The translations under genes and the position numbers were made by a program. From Planctomycetota bacterium (GTDB lineage: Bacteria > Planctomycetota > Phycisphaerae > UBA1845), in the NCBI GenBank assembly GCA_024275565.1, contig JAJRYY010000009.1:6756-70755 (forward strand): a stretch of DNA of 64,000 nucleotides. Direction: 5' to 3'. The notes under the pieces are model-generated. The model saw only the letters and a list, made by a program, of their open reading frames with translations. It was not told the origin of the DNA and did no database searches. Within the stretch, counting starts at the first letter, position 1; each line of letters starts with the position of its first letter. Of this stretch, positions 62,877 through 64,000 are shown one piece after another.

Positions 62877-63683
62877 ATGAACGTCTTACAAGGCAGCATG
62901 AACGTCTTACAAGGCAGGCAGGCCATGGTCTGCGGAAGCACGCAGGGTATCGGGCGAGCGTGCGCGATGGAAATCGCAAAACTCGGAGCATCCGTCACCC
63001 TCGTCGCCAGAAACGAAGCGACACTCCAGCAGGTCTGCGACGAACTACCCTCCGAGGAAGGACAGAATCACGCCATCCTATGTGCAGATTTCTCCGACAT
63101 CTCAAGCCTGACCGACAGTCTGCACGCCATGGTCACAGAACGCGGAACCTACCATGTACTCGTCAACAACACTGGCGGACCGACCAGCGGCCCCATCATT
63201 GAGGCTGACCTCGAAGCGTTCGCACAGGGGTTTTCTAACCACGTCCTCTGCAACCACACCCTGCTGAAAGCACTCCTGCCGGGCATGAAGGAAGAAGCCT
63301 TCGGACGCATCGTCAACATCATCTCAACCTCAGTCCTCATGCCGATCAAAGGGCTCGGCGTCTCCAACACGATCAGGGCTGCCGTGGCGAACTGGGCGAA
63401 GACAGTCGCAAGCGAGGTCGCATCCTTCGGAATCACCGTCAACAACGTACTCCCCGGATTCACCGATACCGCACGATTGACGCACCTCTTTGAAGCCAAG
63501 GCGAATCGTACCGGCCAGACCGTCGAACAGATCCGTGAGGCAGCCATCGCGATGATACCCGCCGGTCGATTGGCGCACCCTTCCGAAATAGCAGCCGTCG
63601 TAGGCTTCCTCACCTCCCCCGCCGCAAGCTACATCAGCGGCGTAAACATCCCGGTAGACGGAGCAAGAATGGCCGCCCAGTAA
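62877..63683 (+). CDS. short-chain dehydrogenase/reductase (SDR)
   Basis: The TGxxxGIG cofactor motif (CGSTQGIGRA) is present, along with the catalytic Tyr-Lys region. The start carries a 21-bp in-frame tandem duplication. Confidence 0.8.
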   Translation: MNVLQGSMNVLQGRQAMVCGSTQGIGRACAMEIAKLGASVTLVARNEATLQQVCDELPSEEGQNHAILCADFSDISSLTDSLHAMVTERGTYHVLVNNTGGPTSGPIIEADLEAFAQGFSNHVLCNHTLLKALLPGMKEEAFGRIVNIISTSVLMPIKGLGVSNTIRAAVANWAKTVASEVASFGITVNNVLPGFTDTARLTHLFEAKANRTGQTVEQIREAAIAMIPAGRLAHPSEIAAVVGFLTSPAASYISGVNIPVDGARMAAQ

Positions 63684-63839
63684 CACGCAGCCAGCCGCCC
63701 CAAAAATGTAGCCCAGCCGCCCCCGGCTGGGGAAGCATAGCGAGACACCAAACGTAGGGCAGGTCGTTCTTTCGTCTCAAGACGAAAGGTTGACCTGCCT
63801 CCACCATGTGCATCCGCCCGGTAACAAAGCCACAACACC

Positions 63840-63869
63840 GGGTGCCACTGGCGGCTTGCCCGCCAGTGC
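63840..63869. repeat. REP-family palindromic element copy
   Basis: ggtgccactggcggcttgcccgccagtgcc is identical to the copy at 19199-19229. Confidence 0.5.
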
Positions 63870-64000
63870 CATATGACTGCACAGGGATATGAAATGACAG
63901 GGGGAATGGACATGCCAACACCACAGGTTTACGCAGGGTCCGCTGTGAGTTTGGGAATTTTTTATCCGACTTCCTCCAAACCGTGTGGTCCACCTCTTCA

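Noticed and set aside
1-64000. Search for transposases, integrases, phage structural genes, rRNA genes and cas genes
   Set aside because: No ORF shows DDE/HTH transposase, tyrosine or serine recombinase, capsid or terminase, or Cas signatures, and no rRNA-like segments were seen. The only mobile-element trace is the integration scar at 30903-32885.

Overview
This is a high-GC (~58-60%) bacterial chromosomal segment made mostly of core and housekeeping genes. The main calls are:
- Conserved rpsB-tsf-pyrH-frr operon (5040-6005, 3779-4615, 2973-3695, 2317-2880, minus strand).
- lpxB (6224-7396).
- Glyoxylate-shunt aceB-aceA (12827-14494, 11399-12751) with a divergent LysR regulator (14656-15642).
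- folD (24414-25307), and a Fur-family regulator (25415-25921) in an apparent operon with a di-haem cytochrome c peroxidase-like gene (25936-27348).
- rsmE (29144-29878) and a UbiA-family prenyltransferase (29991-30902).
- RNA-repair locus rtcR (42379-43986) divergent from rtcB-rtcA (40731-42242, 39384-40400), followed by two tRNA-like genes (39026-39178).
- ClC channel with CBS domains (302-2116), SPFH protein (37522-38679) and an SDR (62877-63683).

The accessory content is mostly large secreted proteins:
- Multicopper oxidase with an IPTL-CTERM-like tail (7704-10244).
- M28 peptidase (17802-18902) and M48 metalloprotease (22845-24389).
- FG-GAP propeller protein (20925-22670).
- 1326-aa G8/beta-helix protein (33392-37369).
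- Cys-rich repeat protein (44202-45515).
- S8 subtilase with a canonical dockerin (52613-55435).
- 1501-aa TPR protein (45924-50429).
- PEP-CTERM protein (58323-59042) flanked by sugar-nucleotidyltransferase-like paralogs, one fused to a priming sugar phosphotransferase (59106-60860).
- HDOD protein (55713-56696) and a CpaE-like ATPase plus PilZ pair (61326-62513, 60951-61307).

Domain content (dockerin-like tails, IPTL-CTERM, PEP-CTERM, Cys-rich repeats) suggests a PVC-type lineage; this is inference only. No transposase, integrase, CRISPR array or rRNA gene was found.

Features worth a second look:
- A ~2 kb low-GC islet (30903-32885) carrying a decayed Phd-VapC toxin-antitoxin pair (32140-32385, 32382-32764) and an orphan membrane protein (31043-31684), flanked by a degenerate duplicate of the neighbouring gene's 3' region (32767-32885).
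- A family of REP-like palindromic intergenic elements at 19199-19360, 27424-27462, 40485-40675, 43990-44175 and 63840-63869, including one hairpin with compensatory stem changes between copies.
- Short tandem-repeat arrays at gene 3' ends and convergent junctions (2093-2245, 27338-27385, 52528-52610, 51645-51730).
- A 55-60 aa C-terminal double calcium-loop module shared by five otherwise unrelated secreted proteins.
- Two adjacent tRNA-like genes downstream of rtcBA with non-canonical acceptor stems and TTAA-containing anticodon loops.
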